Below, piece by piece: positions 1 to 14,686 of a stretch of 64,000 nt of DNA. Location: assembly GCF_009914755.1 (NCBI RefSeq), contig NC_060947.1. One strand, given 5' to 3'. A model generated the notes under the pieces. The model was not told where the DNA came from, ran no database searches, and saw only the letters and a list, made by a program, of their open reading frames with translations. Every line of letters begins with the position of its first letter. Position 1 is the first letter of the stretch. The position numbers were made by a program, and so were the translations under genes. The DNA comes from the human T2T-CHM13v2.0 reference genome, Homo sapiens.

Positions 1-1083
1 CTAGAAACAGAGTGTGGACCTGGAGGGACCCAGAGTACAGAAGATAACGAAAATAATGCAGAGGCAGGGTTGGTATACTGTGCAAGGGAAGCAGGAAGCG
101 GGAGGGATATTGACTTGGGAGCTAAGAGTCCTGGGTTCTACTCTTGGTGCTGATGCTACGTGACCAGGGAGCTTGAATAAATACTTCACCTTCTCTAGAT
201 ATTACAACTATATTACAATGAGAAGATTGGCCTGAAGACTCTTCCAGCTTGAACATTCAACCACCACCGCCTCCTATCTCCCCACACACCGAGGATATCT
301 AGTTATTAGTAAAAACAGGAAGTCCAGTAAGTGATGCAGTTCTCAGGAAGCAAGATGAGCACTGGTAGAGCCCCATTTCTCCAGACCATAAAAGTGTGGC
401 CTCTTCTGGAAATATCCCTGGTTTTGTGGAACTTGGCCCTTCACTCCTCACAACCAAAGGACACTGAAACTCGGCCTTGGACTGTCACAGATAGACACTT
501 AAATCAATGCAGATTCAGGTCACCTTTCCAACAACAGGAGCAGTTTAAGCACAAGTCAGCCCAGGGGTATATCAGGCAGTCAGTTCTCACCTTTTTGAGA
601 ACCCTCCTGGCTCAGTGTTTCTCAGTCTTCATTCATGGGCATCCACCTCCACGTTCTATGTACCCCATATCAACCAAAAAGGTTTTGATACAAGCTTGAC
701 TTTCCGGAGGTCAGATCACGGGGAAGAAAATAGGTATCTTGAATCTGCTTCTACAAACTACACATGCCCTTGGGAATTCTGTAATCTACCACCACCACAT
801 CCCTACCTCCTGACCAAGCTCACAGTCATTGGCCTAAATGAAAACACTTTTTCCATTAGAGAAGTGTTTTTAGTAGGGTTCTAATCCTGAGATTTCAGAA
901 GACAAGGGAATTTTCCAGTGATTTGGGCTAGTTATAATCCACTTGGAGCCATGTTGGCCTATTAGAATTATTATTCTAAAGAAAATATAGCCTGCTTAAA
1001 GTTATTACTGGAGTAGCCTTATCACCAAGGTCAAATGTAGAATGAAAATAAGTATTCTACTTCCAGTTCATAAAAAGAAATAA

Positions 1084-1398
<315 letters not shown>

Positions 1399-2019
1399 TA
1401 GAAGTCATTTTTCTCTGGTGACTTAAGACTTTGTTTATGAAGGTGGGATGGGCCAGTGTATGTATTGATAGGGGAAAATCTTTGCAAATGTGGACAAGGA
1501 CACAGAAAAAAAAATGGACATTTTGCTTGGACATTGCCCCTGAGACAATTATTTCAAGACTTGGTTACAGCTTTTGGCTATGGGACCTTGGGCAAGTTTC
1601 TTCCCTTCTCTGAGACTTGGCGCCCCCATCTATAAGGTGGGATCAACAAAGCCAGCCCACCTGAGTCCCAGAGTTGTTATGAGAGAGGGGCCTATAAGAT
1701 AACTAACATGCAAACAGAATTTGTAGACTTCAAAGTGTTGAGCATGTTGAGCACATGTGAAGGGTTATCTCCCCACCCAGAGGAAAACAGGGGTACAAAC
1801 GTGGAGACTATCATGTCTTTCGGCTATCTTCTGCATGTTCAGTGTCAGTGGAGAGGCTCAGAAAATGTTTTGTCTACTATGGTTCAAGGGTAGATTGGGC
1901 ACTGGGAAGCAACCAGTGCCCAGGAGGGGTGGAAGGAATCTCTGAGTCAGAGGTGAGAATGGAAGAGGCAAAGGATGTAAAGATCTTGAGTAGGATCTTG
2001 AGCAAAGTTAATAATAATA

Positions 2020-2525
2020 ATTTTTAAAGCTTATAGTTTATAGCATTCTACTTTTTGAGAAAACACTTGTGCAAATACTAATCTTCATAACAACTCTGAG
2101 AAGTGAGAACTATAATTATCTCAATTTTACTGCTGAGGCCCAGAGAGTGAAAGTCATTTATCCAAAGACACACAAGGCTACTAAATGACAAAGCCAGGAT
2201 TTGAATCCTAGGCTGTGTGATGATAAAGTTATCCTCTGTTCACACTATGCTGCCCCTGACCCCAAGAGAACTGTGGACAAGCACACAATAATACTAACAG
2301 GCTCATGGCACTGTCCAGGCACTGTTCTATGTCCCTTATGCATATTATCTCATTTAATGCTCATCACACCCCTATCAGGTAGGTATCATGATTATCCTCC
2401 TCACTACATAGGGAACACTGAGGCACAGAGACATTAAGTCACCTATCTAAGGCTACCCAGCTGCCAAGTGGCAGAGCTGAGATATGAAGCTGGCCATCTG
2501 GCTCCGGTGTCCTTAACCACTTCCC
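2020..2525. mobile_element. MIR elements (representative; many more, e.g. ~3050-3250, 5100-5830, 40440-40680, 44620-44840, 52650-53060, 59130-59330)
   Basis: MIR core motifs: acagatgagaaaactgaggc, ttgcccaaggtcaca, gcctcagtttcctcatct. Confidence 0.7.
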
Positions 2526-2589
2526 CATGCAGCGTTTTAGGCCAAGCTGTCTTGCCCAGGCTGTGGCCTGAAGGAGGCACCACCTATGA

Positions 2590-3197
<608 letters not shown>

Positions 3198-3299
3198 TAA
3201 ATGAAATGGCTATATAGAAAAGTGAATTATATACTCTAAAGTGCTCTTGAAGGTTAGTTCTAATTGTTAGTTGTTCTATAGGGCTAAGTTCCTTGGCCC

Positions 3300-3720
3300 A
3301 GGCTGGGCCACAGCGGCGACAGGGAGAAGGGGGCTTTAGAAATGCTAATACCATGCGTGAGTGACAGTGCGAGGACAATGGAGGAGGGCGCTGTGAATGG
3401 GGCCGCCGAGGCCTGGGAGCCGGGCTCCCCACGTGGGAGCCGGGTGGGGGAGGGGCGGGAGGGGAGAAGCGGGTCCCAGCCTAGGGACTCCGAGCATGGG
3501 CTAATTGGAAGGGGCTGCAGCTCCGGGGGCAGGAAGGGGGAGGGGATTACCTGCTGGTCGGCCGCGGAGGGGCGGGGCTCCGAGGAGGTGGCGGGCCCTG
3601 CCGGCACGGGGAGGGGGCGCCGGAAGAGCCTTGACCCTCTGACCTGGAGACCCGGAGAAAAACGGTGGGGAAGCCGGGGGAAAAAGGCCCTGGGCCTAGG
3701 CCTGCTGGGGTGAAAACTGA
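3300..3720. promoter_or_regulatory. Orphan CpG island / GC-rich regulatory element
   Basis: CpG-dense, non-repetitive GC-rich block with GGGGCGGG boxes and G-run arrays. Confidence 0.65.
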
Positions 3721-4889
3721 GCAAGGGGTTTGGGGATGGGCAACTCTAGGTCCAAACCTCTTCTGGAGGTAGGAAAGACGTGACAGCTAGTTTCCAAACT
3801 CAGCTCGGGTCCTGACCACCTTGGGTTGACTTGGGAATCAGCCTCCCCAGAGAGAGAGAGCCAGCGAGAGGTGTGCGGTTGGGTGTGATGGGCTGGAGGG
3901 TAGGGGGAGGCAAAAGGTGGATTCTTACCTTCTTTTCTTCCCCCCCACGCTCCTCACCCCATCTCTTCCCTCTCTTCCTCTTCCCTCACCCCTCTCCTTT
4001 TGCCCTTCCCTCCCCTCCCCCTCCACCATGAAGGCTGTTTTTGTTCCTCCTCCTGGCCTAGCCCCTGAGGTGTGCAAACAGGAAAGACCTCTCCCTGGGC
4101 AGTGAGTAAGGAGGGAAAAATGAGGTGTTGAAAAGATGACAAGTCGCCCTGTCAGAGCTCACCTTGGCAGGGAGCAGGCGGCAGGGGCCTGTGGGTGGTT
4201 GGGGGAGGTCGGCCCTGGAAGCCAGCCTACATGTACCCAGAGCCAGGCAAGCTGATACGCAACAAGCAGGCACTGTGTATGCGTTTGTTTGGTTTAGAAA
4301 AGTCTAGCCCCCTCCCATTCCCACCATCAAAGATTCCTTCCTTTCCTTCCCAGTCGGAAGAGTAAAAGCCGCTGGGCCAGTGGTTTAGTGTATGATTGAA
4401 GGGGAAGGGGCAGTGGGAGAGGGCTGGGCAGGAGGCCCAAATCCGTCTTCTAAACTCCAAGACTTGGATCCCAAAGCCTCCTGGACATCCCTTGCATGTT
4501 TCAAAGGCACCTCGCACTTGACACATCCTAACCTGAATTCATCAATGCCACTTTCCACACCCGTGCATTCGGTCTCTCCTATATGGCTCCTATCTCAGTA
4601 AATGACCTCATCTTTCAGCCACCCAAGCCAAAATCTTGGGAGTCATCCAAGACTTCCTCATATCACCATTTGGATTGGTCTCCCAATCTGTTCAGTTCCC
4701 TCTTATCTCTCAAATCTGTCTCATCTCTCTTCCCTGTGGCCACGACCCTATGTCAGCTTCCTTCATTCATTTACTCATTCGGCAACTTTTTATTAAGCCC
4801 TTACCATGTGCCAGGCACTGTGCTAGCCACTGAAGATTTGGCTGTGAATAAATCCAATCTGGTTCACAGTCCCATGGAGTTTTCTGTCA

Positions 4890-5108
<219 letters not shown>

Positions 5109-8100
5109 TTATAACTGTGTGGCCTTGGGCAAGTCACTTAATCTCCCTGTGCTTGTTTTCTTGTGTGGAAGATGCGGGTGATGATAGCACCTACCTCATA
5201 GGGCTAATCTCAGGGTTGACTACATTGATATTTTAAAGTGCCAGCTAGCACAGTGTTCTATTCGCATTGTTAATTTTATTATTTAAAATATGCAGTGAGG
5301 CAAGGCCTGACCATAAACCAAGTTCCAGGAGTCCAGGGGGAGGCCAGGCTAGGCTGGGAAGCAGTGGGTTGGATTGCAAGAATATGACAGCAGGAGCTTG
5401 CCATGGTCCTGTCAAGAAGTCAGCATAAGCAAATCCAACCGAGTCCTCATTAGCTGGCAGAGGCCTGTCATAGGACCTCCAGGTGCAGCATCCAGAAATC
5501 CAAAGGATAGGAAGCAAAGGGTAGCATAACAGTTACTGCCAAGAAGGCTGGAGTAGCAGCTCCAGCTCTGCTGCTTCCTAGCTATGTGACCCTGAACAGG
5601 TCATTCCCCCTTCTGAGCCTCAGTTTCCTAAGGATGGCAGTTAGCAAGTGCTGAGAGCTTAATATGTGCCAGGCACTGTCCTATGCACCTGCTCCCTGCA
5701 AAGGGAGCTACTATTATTTAACTCCCATTTTACAGATGAGAAAACTGAGGCACAGAGCACTTCAGGCTCTTGCCCAAGGTCACAGAGCAAGTGAAGTGCA
5801 AAACTAAGACCTGAAGGCAGGTATCTTTGAGACTAGTGATCAGAGCACCTTCCTTATACAGCTGCTGTGAAAATTCACTGAGATGATACTTAGGGAAGTG
5901 TTTAAACAGGCTGGCAGGCTGCCCAGGAAGGACTGTCATCAGACTGTGGGCTCTTGTCACTGGGCTGAGGCTACAAAGGCAAAAGGAAGCCTGAGCCTCA
6001 GGCATCAAACAGGCCCTGAGGCAGCATCAGCAACTCCAGGAACAGGCCAGAATTCCGCTGGTCAGAAGCAGGGCTCAAGGTTAAGCCTGGGCTAGTGGCC
6101 AAGGGAACTAACCCATGAGACTGAGGGCAGAGACCATTTAAGTCACTTTTGGATTCCCCAGTGCTCCACAAAAGGAAGTACTTAATAAATATAGGAAGGA
6201 AATGGCACTTTTAGAGTGCCTCCTGTGTACGGCCACTGCACTAGTCCCTCATGCCCTCTTTGAAGCAGTCCTGTGAGGTTATTATCCCCCTTCAACTGAT
6301 AAGGAAACTGAGGCTCAGAGAGGTGAAGTTTCTCACTAAGGGCCCAGAGCTGATGAGTAGTCAGGTGACTCTTCCAACCTAGAGAAGAGAGAGGGGAAAA
6401 AAAAAAAAAAGGACAAAGAACCCCTCCCATTCATGGCAGTGGAGGAAGGTGCATTTTAACACCCCAATTGACAATTCTCTGATGATCATGGGCCTTACCA
6501 CCTCTGCCTCACACTACCCATCTATGGCCAATGGACAAGCTCTACCTCTGCAGAGCCAGCACAGGACGAGATTTGCACTTATATGTCCTAAGCCTTCACT
6601 GACAACCCTTGGGGACAGGGCCATAGAAGCCCCCACCCTCGCTGGCCTCAAAACTTGGTGCTGTGGGACATTTTCACATGAGAACAAAGAGACCAGCAGG
6701 AATTTCCGACTCCCACAGCCCTAGATAAGATCCCAGGTCAGCTACCCTCTTAGCTGAGGGGACTCTGGGCAAGCTTTGGGCCTTTCTTTTCCCAGTGCCC
6801 AGCCTGGGAGGGAGGAGTCAATGTGGCAGCCATGTCTAATCAGGCGGGGCCCCATGACACAGAAGCTCCTTCATCTAGGCCTGCGGAGGGGTCAGACTGG
6901 GGTTCTGGGAGGGGCCAGAGGAGACACAGAGCCCATCCAGCCCAGACCAGCCCACATTCCTCAGCAGGCCTGGATGGGGTGAGCATGCGCAACAGGAAGC
7001 CAAGCCCTTCACCAAGAGGCTAAGCTGCCATCTGTGCATGCAGACAGCAGTGAGCAAAGGGCCTGGGCCAGCGGAGTCAATTGCACAGAAAAAAAATAGC
7101 AAACATTTTGCTTCCTCCCCCTACCCCAGCCCCCACCCCACCATGGTGCAACACTCAGCTTCCAAAGGGAATGTTGGACTCCTGCTAACTATTTTTCTCC
7201 AGACTGGGGCCAGGCATCCAGAGTCAGCCTTGCTAAGTTGCTGAAGAGAGAATGATGGGGTGGAGGGATTCTTTCTACCCAGGGAGTAGTTTGTTTGTTT
7301 GTTTGTTTTCCTTCTGAACCTTGAGCTCCCACTGCTCCAGCCCAGAAAAAAAAGAGCTAGGAAAAACAACAACAGTCCCATTAAGATGGTATAGTATATT
7401 TTGTCTATCTATCATTTCATTTGCTCATTCCCACCACTCTATGGGATAGGGATTTTTTTTTGGGTCCCATTTTATAAATAAGCAAACCAAAGCTGAGAGA
7501 GGGCATATGCTTGATCAAGACTCACAGTTAATTAGCACTAAAACTGCTTCAGACCCAGGTCTGACTCCAAATGCTGTGGTCGTTCCACTAGGCGACATTG
7601 CCTGGGTGCAAAGCCTCTTTGCAACTCCAACATAGGACCAGGGTGGCCAACGAGGGCCCGCTTGGCTTCCCTCAGGAAGATCCCGGCCTGAGAGGTTTCA
7701 GTCAGTGTTCGAGCAACATTTGAATTGTCTTTTAATTATTTCCCCCCAATCATCTGCTTGTTGAAGAGAATTTAAGAAATGCCCTCAAAAAGGAAAGACA
7801 CTTAAAATTACCTATATCCCACCACTGAGAGAGAACCACTGTTAGCTAACTTCATGGTAGGTTTCCTGATAATCTTTTTATTATGCACATATACAATGTG
7901 AAGATCTCTTTTACATACCTGAGATCATGGTGGACCTGCTTTGAGTGCTGGGCCACCTTCCAGCCCCCACATCATATCTTCATGAGGCCAGCTCAACTGC
8001 AGTTCTTCTCTCTTGGAGACCTGCTGGAGCCAAAATTTCTGGTTCCCCACCGGGGGCCTGGCCTTGTAGCTGAAAGTCTCGACTGGCGTTTTCCCATTTA

Positions 8101-8188
8101 TATCCTGACAATAGACTCCCCAGTTCATTACTACATTACTAGATGTCACGTGGGAGGGTCTTTCTTTAACTCAGGGTCTCACATGCAC

Positions 8189-8189
<1 letters not shown>

Positions 8190-8237
<48 letters not shown>
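8190..8237. repeat. (AC)24 microsatellite
   Basis: Perfect AC repeat. Confidence 0.95.
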
Positions 8238-8239
<2 letters not shown>

Positions 8240-8351
8240 TACTGTTTCATACCTCCAGGCCTTCGTTCATTCAGGCCCCTTTGCCTGAGATTTCTGCCCT
8301 TTTTTCTCCCTCCCTCCCTCTTTCTCTGTCTCTGTCATGTATGCACATGGT

Positions 8352-8410
8352 AAAAAAAAAAAAAAAAAAAAAAAGAAAAGAAAGAAAGAAAACAAACAAA
8401 AATAAAAACA
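8352..8410. repeat. Poly(A) / A-rich tract
   Basis: About 22 A followed by GAAA/CAAA units. Confidence 0.9.
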
Positions 8411-10626
8411 ATCAAATTAACATAACAAAAACTCCAAAAGAGAAAAAGAGCATACACTGAGAAGCGAGGCTCCTCTTGTCCCTCACCTTGGCCCCTGTTT
8501 CTTATATATCATCTTTCCTGAGATATTCTGTATATTGGTTAGTACAAATGAAAATGTATCTTTTGTGAACCATGAATGATAATAACTGCCCACTGTTGGA
8601 CACCTTGCTTTTGTAACTTCTTGATTTTTTGATACTGTTGCACGGCAATAACTGTGGATGTGCCTCATGCTGGGTACAGGCTGTCTAGCGAAGTATCTGA
8701 TGGCTGTGCCATAATTTATTAAACCGGGCCCCTAGTAATGGATATTTAAATGCCTTTCTGTCTCTTGCTACTACAAACAATGCAACAATAAAGATACTTG
8801 TAAAAACAACCTTGTGCTTTTGCACATGTAGCATAAATTCCTACTACTGGAATTGCTGGGTCAGAAAGTATGTGGATTTTAAATGTTAATACATTTTACT
8901 AAAGGGCCCTTCAAACAAATGGTAACAATTGACACCCCCACCGTTAAAGACAACCCCACAAAGACAACGTAGAAAGGGCCCATCCTACACTCCCTTTCCT
9001 TACCTGTTTGGTGCTTCTGAGGCCCAGCCCCCTCCCAGCTGGGCCAGCCAGGCTCTTTGCTCTCAGGTCACCCTATGCCTGCCTCCACATTGCCTTTCAC
9101 AAAGAATATGGCAAACCTATGTTTGTCTGTCTCCCACACTAGACTGTCAGCTTTTTGAGGGAAGGACTAAGCCCTACTCATCTCTTGCAGGCCCCAACTG
9201 AACACACCACAGGCAGAAGCTCAATCAATATTTGTTGAACTAAACTAGCCAGCTCTGAATCTCCATCTTTGAGTGCAAGAGTGGGCAGAAATGTGTTTGC
9301 TGAATGCAATGTGAGCATGATCCTGACTGAGCAGAGCCTTGGGCTTAGTTCCCTGGGTCCCTGCAGATCTGTCTCCATGTGTTTGGTGGCCCAGTCCCTG
9401 ATTCCCTTCAGGCTGGCCCCCAGGCCCTGCTTTAGTGACACACCTCTGACTATGGGTAGACACTGTCTCCTAGTCCTCAGTTCCCGTGGAAGAATTCTTC
9501 TATGTATGTGTCTTGTTTCTCCTCTTTCTCCTACTGAAGTGCCTGACTTCTATTGTCTGTGTGCCCCTGAGCTGCTCTTGCCCTGGTCCCACAGTGCTCT
9601 GCTTGGAGGCAAGTGGCACAGAGTGCTTACGACCAGAGTGCCTGAATGGGGTCTAGCTGCAGCCAGTTGGGGCTTCTACACTGACATCCAGATCCCCGCA
9701 TGCTCCCCACCACAGTGGGACTAGGATGGATGGGGAGAAAACATCTCTGTTGCCCTCCCCCACCGAGCAAACACGCTCTTGCTCTGTCTTCAAAATGCCA
9801 TCACCTTTCTGAACGTTGGTCTCCTTACCACTCACCTGGGGTTGATGGCAGGGTCCAGTGAAATCAGTGAATGCAAAGGGGTCTGGGGAAATCTTATCCA
9901 AATGTGAGAGACTGTGAAGTCTCACTAATGTTTTACCACCCTTCTTGGGATAGTGAAGTACACAGGGAGGAAACAGGAGGAAGGGGGACCTCCAGGGATC
10001 AGCAAAACCCACAGCAATGGGCCTAGCTACTAAGCTCCAGGCTGCAGAGGCAAATGCCAAGGCAGGCTGAAAGGGTTGCCCAGGGGTCCCAGAACCTGGC
10101 TTGCTCCACGCCAGACCTTGAGCAAGGCTGGGACCATGTCGGCAAACACCCTATCAGCTTCATGTTTTTCAGAGGTTCAATCCGGGCCAAAGAGGGGTGT
10201 GCTGAGACTTGTTGCCATGTATTTCTCCATCTTCAGATAAACGCCACCTTCTCTCCACAGGCCTTGGGCATGAGAACAGCCTCTGACACACTGGGGATTC
10301 CACAGGACAAACAGAAAATGGGATAGAGGTTGAGGGTTGAGAGGGTGGCAGGAGGGGAAGGGGGCGCCAGGGCCTTCAGAGGCTGGGGGTGGGAGTGGGG
10401 CTAAGCTTGGTCCAAGCCCCCATGACTCCTACTGGGTTCTCTGAACACAGCCCCTGCCTGAGCCTACCTTGGGAGAGGAATCTATTCACCTTGTCACCAA
10501 GTGTTGCTGAACACTTTTGTGCCAAGCAGTGCATGCCAGGACTGTAGAAATGGCTCACAAATAGCTTTTGATCTCAAGAACTTAGAGATGGGAGACACAG
10601 AGAGGAAAGGGGCTAGGGGATATTGA

Positions 10627-10978
<352 letters not shown>

Positions 10979-11519
10979 ACAGATGAACTTTTTAAAGGAT
11001 GAATAAAATTTAAACAGAGCTAGAAAGGACATTTCAGGTCAGAGGTCCTTAGGCACTTCCATGGAAGGGTTTCACTGAAACAAAGGGCTAAGAGAAGGGT
11101 AGGGCCTTAGGGCACAGTAAGAGCCTTCTAATGGTTCAGCTGTAGTGCCAGCTGGGGAGACCACCTCAGGAAGTTACAGTACTCTCTTGCAAGATGTAGT
11201 GCTTTATGCCTCAAATGATTGACCAAATCTGGGGCTTTTTATTTCACAGCCAGAAAACAAGACCAGAAACCCAGAAGTAAATTGCAGTGTGTGATACCTT
11301 CAATGAATATCCAAACAACTTACTCTCATAAATGACTGCTTCATGTCTGGAGGCCCCTGAGGCCTGCTGTTCTAAAACCATGGCCCCGGGTGCCAATGAC
11401 AGGTCCACTGCATCATAAACAGAAATTGCCTGACCCTTGGCCATGTGGAATATCTCATATGATGAGGAAAACAGTCACAAAAGTGGGCTACGGGGTTGGC
11501 AAGTGTGCCACTTGGGGTT

Positions 11520-11900
11520 CCTAGTTAACAAACAACAGAAACCAATGCTAGTTAATTGAATCAGAAAAGTTTTATTGGAAAGCTATAGAGGAGCTTGGGG
11601 AATTGTCAGAGAGGCTGGAGAATCAGAAACTGGCAGGAGCAAGGGAACTGGGCAGCCAAGGACACAGCCACATCCTGCCATAGGAGCTATTGGCCGCCAG
11701 CACTGTCAGCACGGGACCCACATCACTGCCGCCCCATACCACCACTGCTGCCGCCCCTGCTGCCACCAACATAATCACCACAGCAGCACGGGGACAAATG
11801 ATTCAGGACCCCCACTTCTCTGACTTTCTCCCTCCAGCCTTAAAGTACTGGGCACGAGTGTATGATGGGCTTAGTTGACATCCCAGGTCCAAGTCGCAGC
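11520..11900 (-). mobile_element. Old MLT1-type LTR fragment (similar pieces at ~34010-34450 and ~49490-49670)
   Basis: Shared motif (gc)aacagaaa...ctagttaa...aaaag..tttattggaaag at all three sites. Confidence 0.45.
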
Positions 11901-12559
11901 TGCTCAGGGCCCCAGGAGTACAGGTCTTGGGGCCTGTGGGCTTTCCTGGTAGAGCACGCCTCAAGTCCACAAGACACTGCAGTAGCAGGTTGCTCCAACA
12001 CACCAGCAGGGGGCTTTGAGCACCGGGTAAGTGTCCCTTTCTGTGCAGAGATTAATTCTGACTAAAAGGCAAATTAGGGTCGCTGCTATGCAATAGCAAC
12101 AGAAAGGAAGATGATTAGGACCCAATCGTGCTCCTAAAATACCTCCTTAGGTGGTGCCCGTCGGAGCACAGCAAAGGTTAATGGCAAACCTCCAAAACCC
12201 CACCCTAAAAGGGCTCTCCAAGGACTCAGACTCCTGAGCCTCCATAACCAGCTGAGGTGCTGGCTGAAGGCCAAGGGGAAACCTAGAATGACTTGTGAGG
12301 GATGAAGTCATAAATATCAGCTTGACCAGTTGCAGAAAAAAGAGCTGCAGTTTCAACCCACGTTTCTGTACTTGCAGTGAGAGAAGAAGAATGACATCTT
12401 GCTTTTTCTAAATTGGAAAAATTTTTGATTTTGCTTATTTTGTTGTAATAATATTCATGAAAATGCACTGACACTGTAAACAATATGAAGCAAATTCATT
12501 ATTTCAAGTGAAAAACAAAAGCCTCCTTCCTGACTGCTTTCCCCCAATCCTCCGTCCCT

Positions 12560-13676
12560 CCCTAGAAGTAACCCCGGCCATCAGTTAGGCATGTCGCCTT
12601 CCAGACATTCTTAAGCATTTTCATATAAAGTTTGGTTTTGTAAGGCTTTATTTTACACAAACACTGTACATGTTGCTCTACACTATGCTTTCTTTACTTA
12701 ACACTGTCTTGGAGATCTTTTCATGTCAGTACATCCAACTTTTAACTGCTGCATAGTTTTAATTCCATACTAGCAAGGAACCCAGGTTGGGCTGAAGGAC
12801 ATGCACCATTTGAATATGTTGATAGATAGCTACTACCCAAACCGTTCTCCAAAAAGACTGCTATAGTTTATATGCACACCAACCCCATGAGTCTTCTCAT
12901 TTCATCTCTTCCTAGCCCAAACTAGATATTATCACGAAGAAAAGCTATTGGCTTCTGATAGATGTAATATGTTTCATTGGTGTGTTAAATTACATGTCAC
13001 CGATTATGAGTCAGGTTGAACATGAACAACATCCAGCCTGTTGGAGATGTGCAGAAATAGCACTCAGAAACTGTTAGTAGGAGCATGAACAAGTACAATG
13101 ACTTTGGAAAGCAATTTGGCAATATCTAGTTGGGGTGAAGATGCTCAAACCCTAGGACCCAGAAATTTCACTTCCATATACTTACCTCTAGAGAACTTCA
13201 CACATGTGCACAAAAGCACATCTGTTTAGTATGTTCATTGCCGCAAAATGCTGGGAAGAACCTAAGTGTTCACCAGTAGGGAAATGGATAAATAAGGTGT
13301 GGTAATTCATACAATTAAATATTTTGTATACAGCAGTTAAACTGCATGAACTAGATCCATATGTATCGAAATGGCTGTCTCCAAAACACTGTTGAATCTA
13401 AAATTCAAGTTGCAAAATGATATATACAGTCTATCGGTTATATCCATTTAAAAAACATTAATACTCTTTGATTGTGAATATTTATATACACATATACATA
13501 CAAACACACACTCATATATATGTCTAAAGACATAGACAAGAAGTAAACACACCATTTTCTGGGTAGTGCTTACCTCTGTGTAAGAAAGAAGGTAAATATT
13601 ATGGGCTGAGGAACTTTACCTGTGCCTAAAAAAATTTATTTATTGGAGAGAGAGAGAAGAGAGGGGTGGCGAGGGG

Positions 13677-13714
<38 letters not shown>

Positions 13715-13820
13715 GACATCTCTGAAGCAAATACAGCCGAATGTTAAAACCTGTTCACTCTGTGTAGGTGAGTACCTGTATTTTCCTGTAGCACTTGTGT
13801 GGCATATTTTTTCAATTCCT
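12560..13820. mobile_element. Degraded L1ME-like 3' fragments in both orientations
   Basis: tttggaaagcaatttggcaatatct...gacccagaaatttcacttc...aaatggataaataa motifs. Confidence 0.6.
13645..13717. repeat. (GA)n/(CAGA)n compound repeat
   Basis: Direct reading. Confidence 0.85.
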
Positions 13821-14118
13821 ATCTGTGTCACTGTGTTAAGCTATAAAATTGGCATATAGCTTTATTTTTTTGGACCCATTCCCTCTAAGAGTTACTATTT
13901 TCTCAAAGGTGATTTTAACTCATTCATCCCTACATTCAGTTTGGACTTAATCCTACCATTGTTTTGTTTCTTTACCATGCTTTCTTATTGTTTCTTTCTT
14001 TCCTTCTTTCTTTTCTTCCTTCTTCATCTATTTGACCTTTTCCCCTGCAGTAGTTGGACAACCATACACTTTATTCCTACTTTTAAAGTCACTACCTTCA
14101 TTTTTTTTTTTTTTTTTT

Positions 14119-14686
14119 GCAATTGTTGAAGTCAGCATTTCCAGTGAAACTAAAGCTTTTGATGCAAATGCAAGGGATCAATTATAAAGTCATTCAGTAC
14201 CACTGCTTCAGACAAAACCAAAAAATTCCATTATACCATGTAAAACCAAAAGAACAACTTTAATAAGCTTTTACGGCACTGCAATTACAGGAACATCGAC
14301 CCATAACATGCAACAAAAATGATTTTGCCTTTTGGACATATTTAACAGATAAACTTGACATTACAAGTAACAGCAACACATTCCCATTCTACTGAAGAAA
14401 ACAAATGCGATTTAACTTTCAGGTTAGAAAACGTATCTTCTTACTGCAATCTCAAGTAGCATTTAGAAAGTTTAGTTTTCCCTTTTCTAACCTCTAAAAG
14501 ATGATATGATTTTTAATGCAATCATACACAACTGTTTTCACATTGGAAATAATCACGAGGAATCAATAGGTTTAGGCTAACTGACTGATTGGTTTTATTT
14601 CCATTGTTAATTTCAAGAGGGCTCCTGCAGTATTGTGGATTTCAGATGGGGAAAATAATCAGACCAGGAGTAAACGGCCTTGGTCT
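14119..14686 (-). other. PJA1: PJA1 3' UTR with poly(A) signals
   Basis: AT-rich sequence after the stop; AATAAA (+ tttatt 14594-14599) and ATTAAA (+ tttaat 14259-14264); bounded by a genomic A18 tract at 14101-14118. Confidence 0.75.

Noticed and set aside
8352-8410. Long A-tract as the tail of a retrocopy
   Set aside because: No identifiable SINE or mRNA body, poly(A) signal or TSD upstream.
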